This document shows, in pieces, positions 9,886-19,264 of a DNA stretch of 64,000 nucleotides. How positions within the stretch are numbered: the stretch's first letter is position 1; each line of letters begins with the position of its first letter. Below the pieces are notes generated by a model. It saw only the letters and a list, made by a program, of their open reading frames with translations. It was not told the DNA's origin and did no database searches. The translations under genes and the position numbers were made by a program. Source of the DNA: an uncultured Pelagibacteraceae bacterium (lineage in GTDB: Bacteria; Pseudomonadota; Alphaproteobacteria; Pelagibacterales; Pelagibacteraceae); contig CACOFY010000002.1 in assembly GCA_902626575.1 (NCBI GenBank), forward strand, positions 58,207 through 122,206, given 5' to 3'.

Positions 9886-10582
9886 AAGTCTTTTTAATAA
9901 ATTTTTGTAAAATTATCATGAATAATAAAAGAATAATTTTCAAGCTCATTTTACTAAATCCTTCTCTCCTACTTTTAAAATTTATACTTATATCAGTAAC
10001 ATCATAATTTTTACTAGAGTAAATAAGGTCTAAAAGAATCTTGTACCCTTTGTTAAATAAATTTTTTTTATTTTGAGTATAAATTTTTTTTTTAAAAATA
10101 AAAAAACCACTCATGGGGTCTTTAGTTTTAAAACCTAAAGTAATATTTACTATATATATTAATATTATTGAGGTAGTTAATCTTACTAATCCTAACCCCT
10201 CATTTTTTTTTTCTAACAAATTTCTTATACCGACAACAAAGTCTGATTTAGAATTCTCAAATTTTTTATATAGACGTTTTATTTCCTCTGGTTTATGTTG
10301 AAGATCACCATCCATTACTAAAATATTTTTAAACTTTGCTTTTGAAAAACCAACGGTGCACGATTTGGACAAATCTCTTGGTTTTTTTTTTCTAATATAG
10401 AATTTGAGTTTTTTGAATTTTTTTTTTAAATTTTTTAATTTATCTTTTGAACCATCGTTAGAGTCATCGTCTACAATAATTACTTCAAAGTTATTTTTTT
10501 TAAATGACTTGTTTATTCTTTTTAAAAGCTCTTCTAAATTTTTTCCTTCATTATAAACAGGTATTACAATCGATAGTCCCAT
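9872..10582 (-). CDS. Polyprenol-phosphate glycosyltransferase (GT2, Dpm1-like)
   Basis: SIVIPVYNE, VDDDSNDGS, MDGDLQH, DPMSGFF. Confidence 0.9.
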   Translation of the reverse strand: MGLSIVIPVYNEGKNLEELLKRINKSFKKNNFEVIIVDDDSNDGSKDKLKNLKKKFKKLKFYIRKKKPRDLSKSCTVGFSKAKFKNILVMDGDLQHKPEEIKRLYKKFENSKSDFVVGIRNLLEKKNEGLGLVRLTTSIILIYIVNITLGFKTKDPMSGFFIFKKKIYTQNKKNLFNKGYKILLDLIYSSKNYDVTDISINFKSRREGFSKMSLKIILLLFMIILQKFIKKTFNSF

Positions 10583-10587
10583 ATTTT

Positions 10588-10664
10588 TGGTAGCGGGAAG
10601 TGGGATCGAACCACTGACCTCGGGCTTATGAGTCCCGCGCTCTAACCAACTGAGCTACCCCGCC
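10588..10664 (-). tRNA. tRNA with CAT anticodon, most likely elongator tRNA-Met
   Basis: Reverse complement GGCGGGGTAGCTCAGTTGGTTAGAGCGCGGGACTCATAAGCCCGAGGTCAGTGGTTCGATCCCACTTCCCGCTACCA folds as a cloverleaf with encoded CCA. It lacks the C1:A72 mismatch of initiator tRNA; Ile2 is not formally excluded. Confidence 0.93.
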
Positions 10665-10680
10665 ATTAAATTCACGTTGA

Positions 10681-10708
10681 TATATACTACTTTTATTTTT
10701 TCTTTCAA
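10681..10708 (-). promoter_or_regulatory. Putative sigma70 promoter of the tRNA
   Basis: TTGAAA-16 nt-TATATA on the minus strand, 16 nt upstream of the tRNA 5' end. Confidence 0.45.
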
Positions 10709-10719
10709 ACAAGTTTTGG

Positions 10720-11238
10720 TTAATCGCACCAGCCATCTTTAGCTATTAAAACAGGATAGTACTCTTTAGATGTCTTTACCCACAAAGCTATTTGTTTTTT
10801 ACTTGAGCCACTTGAGCACTCGGTCTCGTCAAATCTCATTCTACCATCTGTATCTTTTGATCCATTTCTTGCTGTATAAACGACACCCTCATCACCACCG
10901 TAAGGATTTTTCCAACCCTGGTCTAAAAAATAATTTATAAAAACTTCATTCATTGAATTTATTCCGCTCGCATCATTTTCTGCATCACAATTAATTGTTC
11001 TTGTTGAGCTAAGCTCCAAAGTACTGCTTGTCGATAATTCACATAGAGCAAGTTTACTTTTTATAAATTTGATAGCTTGAGAATGATTTTGAAGTGTAGC
11101 ATTTCTTTTAGCAGCACTTGTATATCCGTTATATGCTATAACCCCAACAGCAGCTAAGGCACCAATAATAGCAACTACAACAAGTAATTCAATTAGAGTA
11201 AAACCTTTATTATTTTTTATAAAAGATCGATTTTTCAA
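10720..11238 (-). CDS. Type IV pilin-like protein
   Basis: KG/FTLIELLVVVAIIGALAAVG prepilin peptidase cleavage/methylation motif; four Cys in the globular head; TTG start. Confidence 0.92.
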   Translation of the reverse strand: MKNRSFIKNNKGFTLIELLVVVAIIGALAAVGVIAYNGYTSAAKRNATLQNHSQAIKFIKSKLALCELSTSSTLELSSTRTINCDAENDASGINSMNEVFINYFLDQGWKNPYGGDEGVVYTARNGSKDTDGRMRFDETECSSGSSKKQIALWVKTSKEYYPVLIAKDGWCD

Positions 11239-11239
11239 T

Positions 11240-12115
11240 TTAACAGAACCAATTTTTAAATTTTTCTTTATTTTGAATTAAATAATTTGGCAATAATTTA
11301 TTATTTATTTTTTTTAGCTTATAATTATAATTCCATTTATTTTGATTTTTTTGATCAGCGAAATGATTATAGAAAACAATACCATTTTCAATATAATACT
11401 TTAGTTTTTTGATTGTAATTCCACTTTCCTTAAATTCATCATGATGGCCAAAATTATTTAATTTTTCATAAAGATCTTCTGGTGTTTTTAAGTTTGTAAA
11501 GTGCCAGCCTCCATCATCGATAATCTCTAGATTTATTAATTTATTTTCTGAAAAAAAAGTATCCACTCTCCAAAATGGATATTTTTTTCCTTTTAAATTA
11601 TTAAGCCACGAAAAAGATTTTAATGATTTTTTTTTACATGCTTTTGATCCAAACCAAGGCATTAGGTCGTAAAAAAGATCAAATTTATAATAAAAAAAAA
11701 GTTGCTTAAATAAAATAACATTTTTATTACATTTTAAAAATTTATTTGAGTCTAGATTTGGTATTTCATCATTGTCACTTAATATTATTAAATCATCTTC
11801 GGAAGCATCTTTTATTGCTTTATTCATATAGTTGTATGATAATTCAATTCGCTTGATGCTATTTAACCTTTTGTGAACATTGTTTTTTTCAACCTTAATT
11901 AAATCATCTGGCTCTTTATCTATGACCAAATATATGATTTTGTCTTTATATTTAGGATAATTATTTATATCAAAATTTAATTTTTTTCTTTTACCACTAT
12001 GTGAATATAATGATTCTGTTACAACAAATTTTTCAACATGTTTATCTAAAATACTAAATCTAACATCCATCATCATATGTTCTGAGTAAAATGTTGTACA
12101 ATCGTAAATTTTCAT
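11240..12115 (-). CDS. GT17-like (beta-1,4-N-acetylglucosaminyltransferase family) glycosyltransferase
   Basis: IYDCTTFYSE, FVVTES, SDNDEIP, GGWHF motifs. Confidence 0.8.
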   Translation of the reverse strand: MKIYDCTTFYSEHMMMDVRFSILDKHVEKFVVTESLYSHSGKRKKLNFDINNYPKYKDKIIYLVIDKEPDDLIKVEKNNVHKRLNSIKRIELSYNYMNKAIKDASEDDLIILSDNDEIPNLDSNKFLKCNKNVILFKQLFFYYKFDLFYDLMPWFGSKACKKKSLKSFSWLNNLKGKKYPFWRVDTFFSENKLINLEIIDDGGWHFTNLKTPEDLYEKLNNFGHHDEFKESGITIKKLKYYIENGIVFYNHFADQKNQNKWNYNYKLKKINNKLLPNYLIQNKEKFKNWFC

Positions 12116-12171
12116 TTAGTTTTAAAAATAATGAATTAATATCAATTTTAATTATACAAATATATTAATAA

Positions 12172-12963
12172 ATGGCTCATCCTAAAATATACTGCATAAC
12201 CAATATTCAATCAGAAAAGTTAGAAAAATTACGTGTAAATCTAGTAGGGGTTGGAAGAAATAGCTTCAACTCCAATTATATTAAGTGTGATGGAGGAGAA
12301 AATATTAACTTTAAAGAAAAAAATTATTCAGAGCTAACATTTCATTATTGGTTTTGGAAAAATAAATTTAAAAATTTTTCTAATGAGGATTGGATTGGCT
12401 TTTGTCAAAGAAGAAGGTTTTGGCTAAAATCTAAGAACGAAAATATCGATAAGCCATTAGAAGAAATAATTCTAAATGAAATTCCTAATGAATGGAAAAA
12501 TTATAATGCTGTAATTTGTGAACCAATACAACTTAGTACAAGGTTTATGAAAATTATAAAGAGGGGCTGGAAAAACTTAATTAGAGATCCTAAAATTTTG
12601 TTTAATTTAAAAAATTCAAGCATAAAACTTCACTTTGATATGCACCATGGTTTTGGAATTTTGGATAAAGCAATTGATGTCTTAAAGAAAGACGATCGTG
12701 AGGAATTTAGAAAATATGTAAATACAAGATCTTTTTACAATCCACATATAATGTTTATATCGAAAAAATATATTATGGAAAAATATTTTAGTGATGTTTT
12801 TCCATGGCTATTTGAATGTGAAAAAATTTTTGGCCTAGATAATTTAAAGGGATACGACCAAACAAGATTGTATGCTTATTTATCAGAAAGATATTTATCT
12901 TTTTGGTTTAAAAAATATTCGAAATATATTGAATGGCCTTGGGTTTTTAGAGATATAAATTAA
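12172..12963 (+). CDS. DUF4422-like polysaccharide biosynthesis protein
   Basis: NINFKEKNYSELTFHYWFWKN, IGFCQRRRF, RLYAYLSER motifs. Confidence 0.8.
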   Translation: MAHPKIYCITNIQSEKLEKLRVNLVGVGRNSFNSNYIKCDGGENINFKEKNYSELTFHYWFWKNKFKNFSNEDWIGFCQRRRFWLKSKNENIDKPLEEIILNEIPNEWKNYNAVICEPIQLSTRFMKIIKRGWKNLIRDPKILFNLKNSSIKLHFDMHHGFGILDKAIDVLKKDDREEFRKYVNTRSFYNPHIMFISKKYIMEKYFSDVFPWLFECEKIFGLDNLKGYDQTRLYAYLSERYLSFWFKKYSKYIEWPWVFRDIN

Positions 12964-13802
12964 TTTTTAATTTTAATATTCCCAATATAAAACATAAGAA
13001 CGCAATACTGTAGCAAAGCATAAATAGCTATAGGTATAAAGTAAACAACATCGCTATAAATTAAAGATCCAATTACAAAACCCATTGCACCATTTTGAAG
13101 TAAACCTTCAATTAAAATAGCTCTTCTTGATGCAATATCTTTTACAAAAATATTTACTACTGTAAAAACTATAATCACAATAAATACAAGTAACGAAATG
13201 ATAACTACACCAATATCGTCAAAATAATTTATTAAATTATTTCTTTCCATAAATATTGCAATAAATACAATAATTAAAAAAATTCCAAATGCTAAACGAT
13301 CTAAGAAAAAAATTTTTTTTTCAAATACAACTCGAAATTTCTTCCTACAATAAATACCCAAAAAGACTGGTGCTGTTATAAATAAAAATGTTTTAATTGA
13401 AAAAATAATTAAATTTAACTCAAAAAAACTTTGATAAATAAATTTACCAAAAAGATTTAAATATAATGGAACAGTAATAAAAGATAATAAAGCACACAAT
13501 GAAGTTAATGTAATTGATAAAGAGACATTGCCATTTACTAGTTTCGTAGCATAATTAGACATTGCAGCAGATGGCATGATTAATAATAAGAATACTCCAA
13601 ATTGAAATTCGGGTGTTAAATTAATTAAAGATATAAGTATTAAACCAATTATAGGTAATATGATTATTTGACAAATTAAACCAACTATAAGGTTTTCAAA
13701 ATTCTTAAAAACTCTTACAAAGTTTCTTATTGTAAGATTGAGACCTAATGCAAACATGATGAAGAAAACACCTGCTGGACCTACTAATTTAACAAATTCC
13801 AT
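12960..13802 (-). CDS. Bile acid:sodium symporter (BASS) family transporter
   Basis: MFALGLNL, GLICQIIILP, GNVSLSITLT, IEGLLQNG. Confidence 0.88.
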   Translation of the reverse strand: MEFVKLVGPAGVFFIMFALGLNLTIRNFVRVFKNFENLIVGLICQIIILPIIGLILISLINLTPEFQFGVFLLLIMPSAAMSNYATKLVNGNVSLSITLTSLCALLSFITVPLYLNLFGKFIYQSFFELNLIIFSIKTFLFITAPVFLGIYCRKKFRVVFEKKIFFLDRLAFGIFLIIVFIAIFMERNNLINYFDDIGVVIISLLVFIVIIVFTVVNIFVKDIASRRAILIEGLLQNGAMGFVIGSLIYSDVVYFIPIAIYALLQYCVLMFYIGNIKIKN

Positions 13803-13907
13803 TATTATATAGGCTAATTAATAATTTAATTTTTTGTAAATATATAAATTTTTCTTGATGTACTTTCAATAATATTATTATTTCTCGATAGAATTATTTT
13901 AAATAAA

Positions 13908-14921
13908 ATGAAAGAAACTCTTAATATATTCTCAACTGAAATTCAGGAAAGTCATATTTCAAATATATACACAAAAAATTATCATGCATTGCATACTGAT
14001 TATCTAGAGTTACAACGAGATTGGCTTCACAGAGCTTATAATCAATTTCAGGATCTTGATAAGTATTTTATTCTTATAAGTTTAGTTAACAAAACAATGA
14101 CAGCGTATAGTGATTATATGCTTAATTATACTTGGGATGAGTATTATCAGGCAAAAGAAATCGAATTAAAAAAATTTAGTATTGTTGATATTGCAAAAGA
14201 ATTAGCTATCTCAAAGGAGACTGCAAGAAGAAAGATTTTAGAATTAGAAAAAGCAGGTGTTTTAAAAAAAAATAAAAAAAGCTTGACTATTCAACGTGAT
14301 GGTTTTGAATTTCAGAAGCCCTTAAATTCTATAAAACACATATCAAAATTATTATCAAGTTTTTCAAAAAAACTTTTAGAAAATAAAATTATTAAAAATC
14401 ACATTTCTACAGATGACTTTATATCTTTAATCAAAACTAATTATACACAATGCTGGAGATATTTTTTAGATTTTCAAATTGAGTTTATGACAGACTTTAA
14501 AAAAGTTTTTTTTAAAGATTATGAAACATTCTCAATATGGGCAACTATTGTTTATAATCAAAATTTACATTTCAATAATAAAATTAAGGGGGATAGAAAT
14601 TATACTAAGTTTTTAGATAGCATAACTGATGAGGGAACCAGATTTTCAAAAGATCTTCTAAGCTTGAGTGGAAGTTTTGGATTAAATGCCATGACAATAT
14701 CTGATTTAACTGGTGTTCCAAGACCAACCGTAATTAGAAAGTTAAGAAAACTAGAGAGAGAAAAGTTTATTATAAAAAATGATTTAAACCTTTATAGTAT
14801 TCATTCAGGTCAAAAAGTTAGTGTTGAGATCGAAAAAATGAGATTTAAAAATATGCAAAGAATTTCAACTATGATTTGTAAATTATTAAATACAGCTAGA
14901 CTTAATTTGAAAAAATCTTAA
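13908..14921 (+). CDS. Protein with two winged helix-turn-helix domains (putative DNA-binding regulator)
   Basis: SIVDIAKELAISKETARRKILELEKAGVL and NAMTISDLTGVPRPTVIRKLRKLEREKFI. Confidence 0.75.
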   Translation: MKETLNIFSTEIQESHISNIYTKNYHALHTDYLELQRDWLHRAYNQFQDLDKYFILISLVNKTMTAYSDYMLNYTWDEYYQAKEIELKKFSIVDIAKELAISKETARRKILELEKAGVLKKNKKSLTIQRDGFEFQKPLNSIKHISKLLSSFSKKLLENKIIKNHISTDDFISLIKTNYTQCWRYFLDFQIEFMTDFKKVFFKDYETFSIWATIVYNQNLHFNNKIKGDRNYTKFLDSITDEGTRFSKDLLSLSGSFGLNAMTISDLTGVPRPTVIRKLRKLEREKFIIKNDLNLYSIHSGQKVSVEIEKMRFKNMQRISTMICKLLNTARLNLKKS

Positions 14922-15133
14922 AAAGAAGCGATAAATGCAGTTATTAATATTACTGATGAAATGAGACTTAAAAATATTAAATTTTCTTTTTTTTCTTTCT
15001 TTTTTTCTGCTCTTACTTTTTCTAATAAAATATTAATGTCTACTTTTTGAGATGGTTTACGTTCCTCTTGTATTTCTTGATCTTCTAAGAAAGTCTCATT
15101 CGCGGGTTTTCTTAAAATTTGTTCTGTAGACAT
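14918..15133 (-). CDS. Small C-terminally membrane-anchored protein
   Basis: ATG at 15133 (MSTEQ...) preferred over the upstream GTG; charged N-terminal region and a C-terminal hydrophobic helix. Confidence 0.65.
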   Translation of the reverse strand: MSTEQILRKPANETFLEDQEIQEERKPSQKVDINILLEKVRAEKKKEKKENLIFLSLISSVILITAFIASF

Positions 15134-15230
15134 AACCCAATAAATCACGAGAAACGAATCAATACAACTATTAGGTTGTTCAAATTGAGGTTAAGAATTG
15201 ATTCAAATCGTCCAGGATGAGTATTCGCTC

Positions 15231-17675
15231 TCAGATTGTCTTAAAGTTATTTTGATTGAGAGGTTTAGCCAAATACTCTGCCTCGTATTTTACTTTGCCC
15301 ACTTCTACATAAATCTTGCTCTTACTAATGTCCAAATTAGACAAATCTTTCTCTACATATCCAAAAGTCAGATTTTTATTAAAATTAAAAGAATAATTCC
15401 CAGAAGTAGTTCTTCCTATAATCTTGTCATCTAAATAAATTGGTTCATCATGAAGTAGTAAAGGTTCCCCAGCTTTTTTACTTTTTAAAGTTAGCATCGT
15501 CATTTTTTTATTGGGCTCTTTATCTTTAATTTTTAGTAATGCGTCTTTTCCTAAAAAGTCAGTATTCTTTTTATAGCTAATTGCAAAACTTAAACCGGCT
15601 TGATATTGATTTTCCTCAGGCGATATATCGTGTCCCCAATGTAAAAAACCACTTTCCATTCGCATTGTATCCATTGCATGCATACCGCAATGAACTAAAT
15701 TATGATTTTTTCCCTCAGCAACAATTGCTTTATATAAATTTTTAGCATCAGAATTTTCTATATATAACTCAAAACCTAACTCACCTACATATGAAAGTCT
15801 CTGAGCCCAAACCTTAATATTATTAATTTTTACATATTTACCAAAACCAAATTTAAAGCTATCATTAGAAAAATCATCTTTGCTTATTTTAAAAAGTAAA
15901 TCTCTTGATTTTGGTCCAAACAAACCCAAACAGCAATAATCATCGGTTACATCTTTAAACCCCACTTCATCTGAAATATTTTTTAAAATAAAAAACTTAT
16001 CTCTTTCTCTTGTTGCTGCAGAGCTTATTATTCTAAAATAGTTTTTATCTAAACAAACGACTGTGCAGTCAATTTCTATTCCACCATCTTTATTTAATAT
16101 TTGTGTATAGGTTGTTTTACCAGGCGTCAACTTAATGTTTGCAGTGCAAATTTTTTGGAGATCCTCAAAGCTTTTTTCTCCTCTTAAATCAAATTTTGAA
16201 AAAGGACTTAATTCAAACAATCCAACATTTTTTTTTGTATTTTTAGTTTCATATTCAACTGATGGATACCAGTTTTGATAGCCATAACTATATTTATATT
16301 CTGCTGGTGATCCATTTAAGTTAAACCACATTGGTCTTTCGTATCCTCCTGAAACACCAAAGCATGCTCCAGCTTTTTTAAGCTCATTATGATACGGAAG
16401 TAACTTTTGATTTCTTGATGTTTTATGTTGTTTGTAAGGCCAATGCATTCCATAAAGATCGCCCAATGTTTCGGTTATTCTTTCTTTAATAAAATCTATA
16501 TTTGAGTGAAAGTTTTGAAATCTTTTTATATCATAAATAAATAGGTCTTCATTAATATGGCCACTCATCATCCACTCGGCTGTAACTTTTCCGACACCTC
16601 CTCCACTTCCAATTCCAATACTGTTTAGACCACAGCAAGCAAATAAATTTTTAATTCCCGGTATTTCTCCTAACAAAGTATTTGTGTCAGGTGTAAATGA
16701 TTCAGGCCCTGCAAAAAATTTTCTAATTCCTGCTTTTTCTAAAATTGGTGCTCTTTTAATTGCAGCGGCAAGATATGGTTCAAAATGATCAAAGTTTTCT
16801 GGAAATTCCCCAAAAGAAAAATCTTCTGGAACTCTATTTGTTTTATTAAATGCAGGAATTGATTTACCCTCAAAAATTCCAACCAACATTTTACCAGCAT
16901 CTTCTTTTAAATATAAACTATCATCAAAATCTCTTAATACAGGAAGATCTTTTGGTAAATCTTTAATAGACTCAGTAATAATATAAAAATGTTCTGCAGG
17001 ATAAAGTGGAACACTAAACCCCATATCCTCACCAATTTGTCTAGACCACATTCCTGTTGCTAAAACAATATATTCACATTCAATTGTTTTTCCATTTACT
17101 ACTACACCTGAAACTCTTCCATTTTTTTTTAAGATTTTTTGAACTGGCGATTTTTCAAATATTTTAACACCCTCTTTTTTAGCTGCTTTAGCAAGTAAGT
17201 TTGTTACTCCTACTGGATCTGCTTGACCATCTCCGGGCATAAAAATTCCACCTAGGACACCATCATTATTAATTATGGGATATTTTTTTTTAATTTGATC
17301 TAAGTTTAGTACTTCAACATTTACATCATATAATTGAGCGGTAGTTGCTTGTCTTTTTAATTCTTCCCATCTGCCTGGTGTTGTAGCAACTGATAATGCA
17401 CCATTGAGTTTTAAACCAGGGGAAAAGTCTATTTCTTTTTCAAGTTTTTTGTATAAATCTAAAGAGTATTTTCTTATTTTAGTTATTCCCGCAGAGGGTC
17501 CTAATTGACTAACCAAGCCAGCGGCATGCCAAGTCGTACCTGAGGTTAGTTGATCTCTTTCAAGTAAAATTGTATCTTTCCAACCAAACTTTGCCAAATG
17601 GTATGCTGTTGAACAGCCAACTACACCACCACCAATTACAACAGCTTTACAATTATTTGGTAATTTTTTTTCCAT
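15231..17675 (-). CDS. Dimethylglycine/sarcosine dehydrogenase-family FAD/folate protein (GcvT-fused)
   Basis: VIGGGVVG FAD motif, SGTTWHAAG, GPESFTPD, GYERP, SYVGELGFELY, RMESG. Confidence 0.92.
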   Translation of the reverse strand: MEKKLPNNCKAVVIGGGVVGCSTAYHLAKFGWKDTILLERDQLTSGTTWHAAGLVSQLGPSAGITKIRKYSLDLYKKLEKEIDFSPGLKLNGALSVATTPGRWEELKRQATTAQLYDVNVEVLNLDQIKKKYPIINNDGVLGGIFMPGDGQADPVGVTNLLAKAAKKEGVKIFEKSPVQKILKKNGRVSGVVVNGKTIECEYIVLATGMWSRQIGEDMGFSVPLYPAEHFYIITESIKDLPKDLPVLRDFDDSLYLKEDAGKMLVGIFEGKSIPAFNKTNRVPEDFSFGEFPENFDHFEPYLAAAIKRAPILEKAGIRKFFAGPESFTPDTNTLLGEIPGIKNLFACCGLNSIGIGSGGGVGKVTAEWMMSGHINEDLFIYDIKRFQNFHSNIDFIKERITETLGDLYGMHWPYKQHKTSRNQKLLPYHNELKKAGACFGVSGGYERPMWFNLNGSPAEYKYSYGYQNWYPSVEYETKNTKKNVGLFELSPFSKFDLRGEKSFEDLQKICTANIKLTPGKTTYTQILNKDGGIEIDCTVVCLDKNYFRIISSAATRERDKFFILKNISDEVGFKDVTDDYCCLGLFGPKSRDLLFKISKDDFSNDSFKFGFGKYVKINNIKVWAQRLSYVGELGFELYIENSDAKNLYKAIVAEGKNHNLVHCGMHAMDTMRMESGFLHWGHDISPEENQYQAGLSFAISYKKNTDFLGKDALLKIKDKEPNKKMTMLTLKSKKAGEPLLLHDEPIYLDDKIIGRTTSGNYSFNFNKNLTFGYVEKDLSNLDISKSKIYVEVGKVKYEAEYLAKPLNQNNFKTI

Positions 17676-18116
17676 TTACAGCATCTGTAAACCTACACCA
17701 GTTTTTGGATAGGTATAGAGATTATAATTCGCTGTAAGTTCGTCTCCAGCTTTAATATCTTTTGCAGCAACCATAAAAAAATACTTTGCATCTGGTTTTT
17801 CTTGCAGATTAAAGAATACATTTTCACCATCATTTTCTTTGCCTGGAAATTTCTTCGTATCAGAATCAACGTCTAAAATATCTCCGAATTTAAGTTTAGG
17901 TAAAGAGTCTGTAACCATTCTTACAACTGATGGAACATCTGAATGGTTATAGAATCCTCCTAAAGGCGTTCTAATATATTTATTTTCAAATTGTTCATCT
18001 CTAATATGAGTAACACCAATAAATGTATTTTTTTTTATATCAATATTTGTAAACAAACCTAATCCTTCGATTGGTGAGTTTTTTATTGTTAAGCCTTCAG
18101 GTAAAGGTCTGTACAT
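17676..18116 (-). CDS. SET-domain protein (putative methyltransferase)
   Basis: SPIEGLGLF, GFYNHSDVP, AAKDIKAGDELTANY SET signature motifs. Confidence 0.88.
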   Translation of the reverse strand: MYRPLPEGLTIKNSPIEGLGLFTNIDIKKNTFIGVTHIRDEQFENKYIRTPLGGFYNHSDVPSVVRMVTDSLPKLKFGDILDVDSDTKKFPGKENDGENVFFNLQEKPDAKYFFMVAAKDIKAGDELTANYNLYTYPKTGVGLQML

Positions 18117-19231
18117 TATGCTATGGCCTCACTGGGTGATAAATATTTATGTCCAAAAACATCTGCTACAGCTTTATAAGTTATATTCCCTTTATGAACG
18201 TTAAGACCTGCTAAAAAATTTTGATCATTTTTAAGAGCTTTTTGATAACCATCTTTTGCTAACTTGGATATAAAAGGTAGAGTTGCTTTATTTAAAGCCA
18301 AAGTAGATGTTCTAGGAACACCACCAGGCATATTTGCAACGCAATAATGAACAATATCATCAACAATATATGTTGGTTTAGCGTGTGTTGTTGGTTTACT
18401 TGTTTCAACACATCCACCTTGATCGATAGCAACATCAACTATTACAGATCCTCTTTTCATTCCTTTTAGCATTTTTTTTGTTACTAATTTTGGTGCTTCA
18501 GCGCCAGGTATTAATACTCCACCCACTAATAAATCACATTCCGAAATTAACTTTTCAAGATCAATTTTATCACTATGTTGTGGTATTATTTTATCTCCGA
18601 ACATTTCTGAAAGTTGTTTAAGTCTTGCCTCTGATTTATCAACTACATGAACCTTAGCTTTTAAACCTGTTGCAATTATTGCTGCATTCTCTCCTACTAC
18701 TCCTCCACCAAGTATAACAACGTTTCCAGGCTCAACACCAGGAGCTCCACCAAGAAGTACTCCTCTACCCTTTTGATTTTTTTCTAAACAATGAGCTCCA
18801 GCTTGAACTGACATTCTTCCTGCAACAGCACTCATAGGTGCAAGCAAAGGTAAGCGACCATTGTTATCAGTAACTGTTTCATAAGCTATACAAACACCCT
18901 TTGAGTCTATTAATCCTTGGGTAAGTTCTTTTGCAGCTGCTAAATGTAAATAAGTAAATACAATTTGATTTTCTTTAATCATTTTAACCTCATTTGATAG
19001 AGGTTCCTTCACTTTTACAATTATTTCTGAATCGTTAAATATATCCTCGGCTTTATCAACTAATTTTGCACCTGCCTTTTTGTATTGTTCATTATCAAAA
19101 CCAGCTTCTACTCCTCCATTTTTTTCAACTAATACTTCGTTGCCATTTGAAGTTAAAACTTTCACACTATCAGGGGTTAAGCCAATTCTATTTTCTTGAG
19201 GTTTAATTTCTTTTGGAACGCCAATTTTCAT
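18116..19231 (-). CDS. ald: Alanine dehydrogenase
   Basis: GVPKEIKPQENR, KVKEP, FTYLHLA, DVAIDQGGC, YCVANMPG. Confidence 0.97.
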   Translation of the reverse strand: MKIGVPKEIKPQENRIGLTPDSVKVLTSNGNEVLVEKNGGVEAGFDNEQYKKAGAKLVDKAEDIFNDSEIIVKVKEPLSNEVKMIKENQIVFTYLHLAAAKELTQGLIDSKGVCIAYETVTDNNGRLPLLAPMSAVAGRMSVQAGAHCLEKNQKGRGVLLGGAPGVEPGNVVILGGGVVGENAAIIATGLKAKVHVVDKSEARLKQLSEMFGDKIIPQHSDKIDLEKLISECDLLVGGVLIPGAEAPKLVTKKMLKGMKRGSVIVDVAIDQGGCVETSKPTTHAKPTYIVDDIVHYCVANMPGGVPRTSTLALNKATLPFISKLAKDGYQKALKNDQNFLAGLNVHKGNITYKAVADVFGHKYLSPSEAIA

Positions 19232-19264
19232 AATATTTTCCCTGTTGCCCTAACAAAATGAAAA

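Noticed and set aside
10588-10664. tRNA as the attachment site of an integrated element
   Set aside because: No integrase and no duplicated tRNA 3' end were seen in the window.
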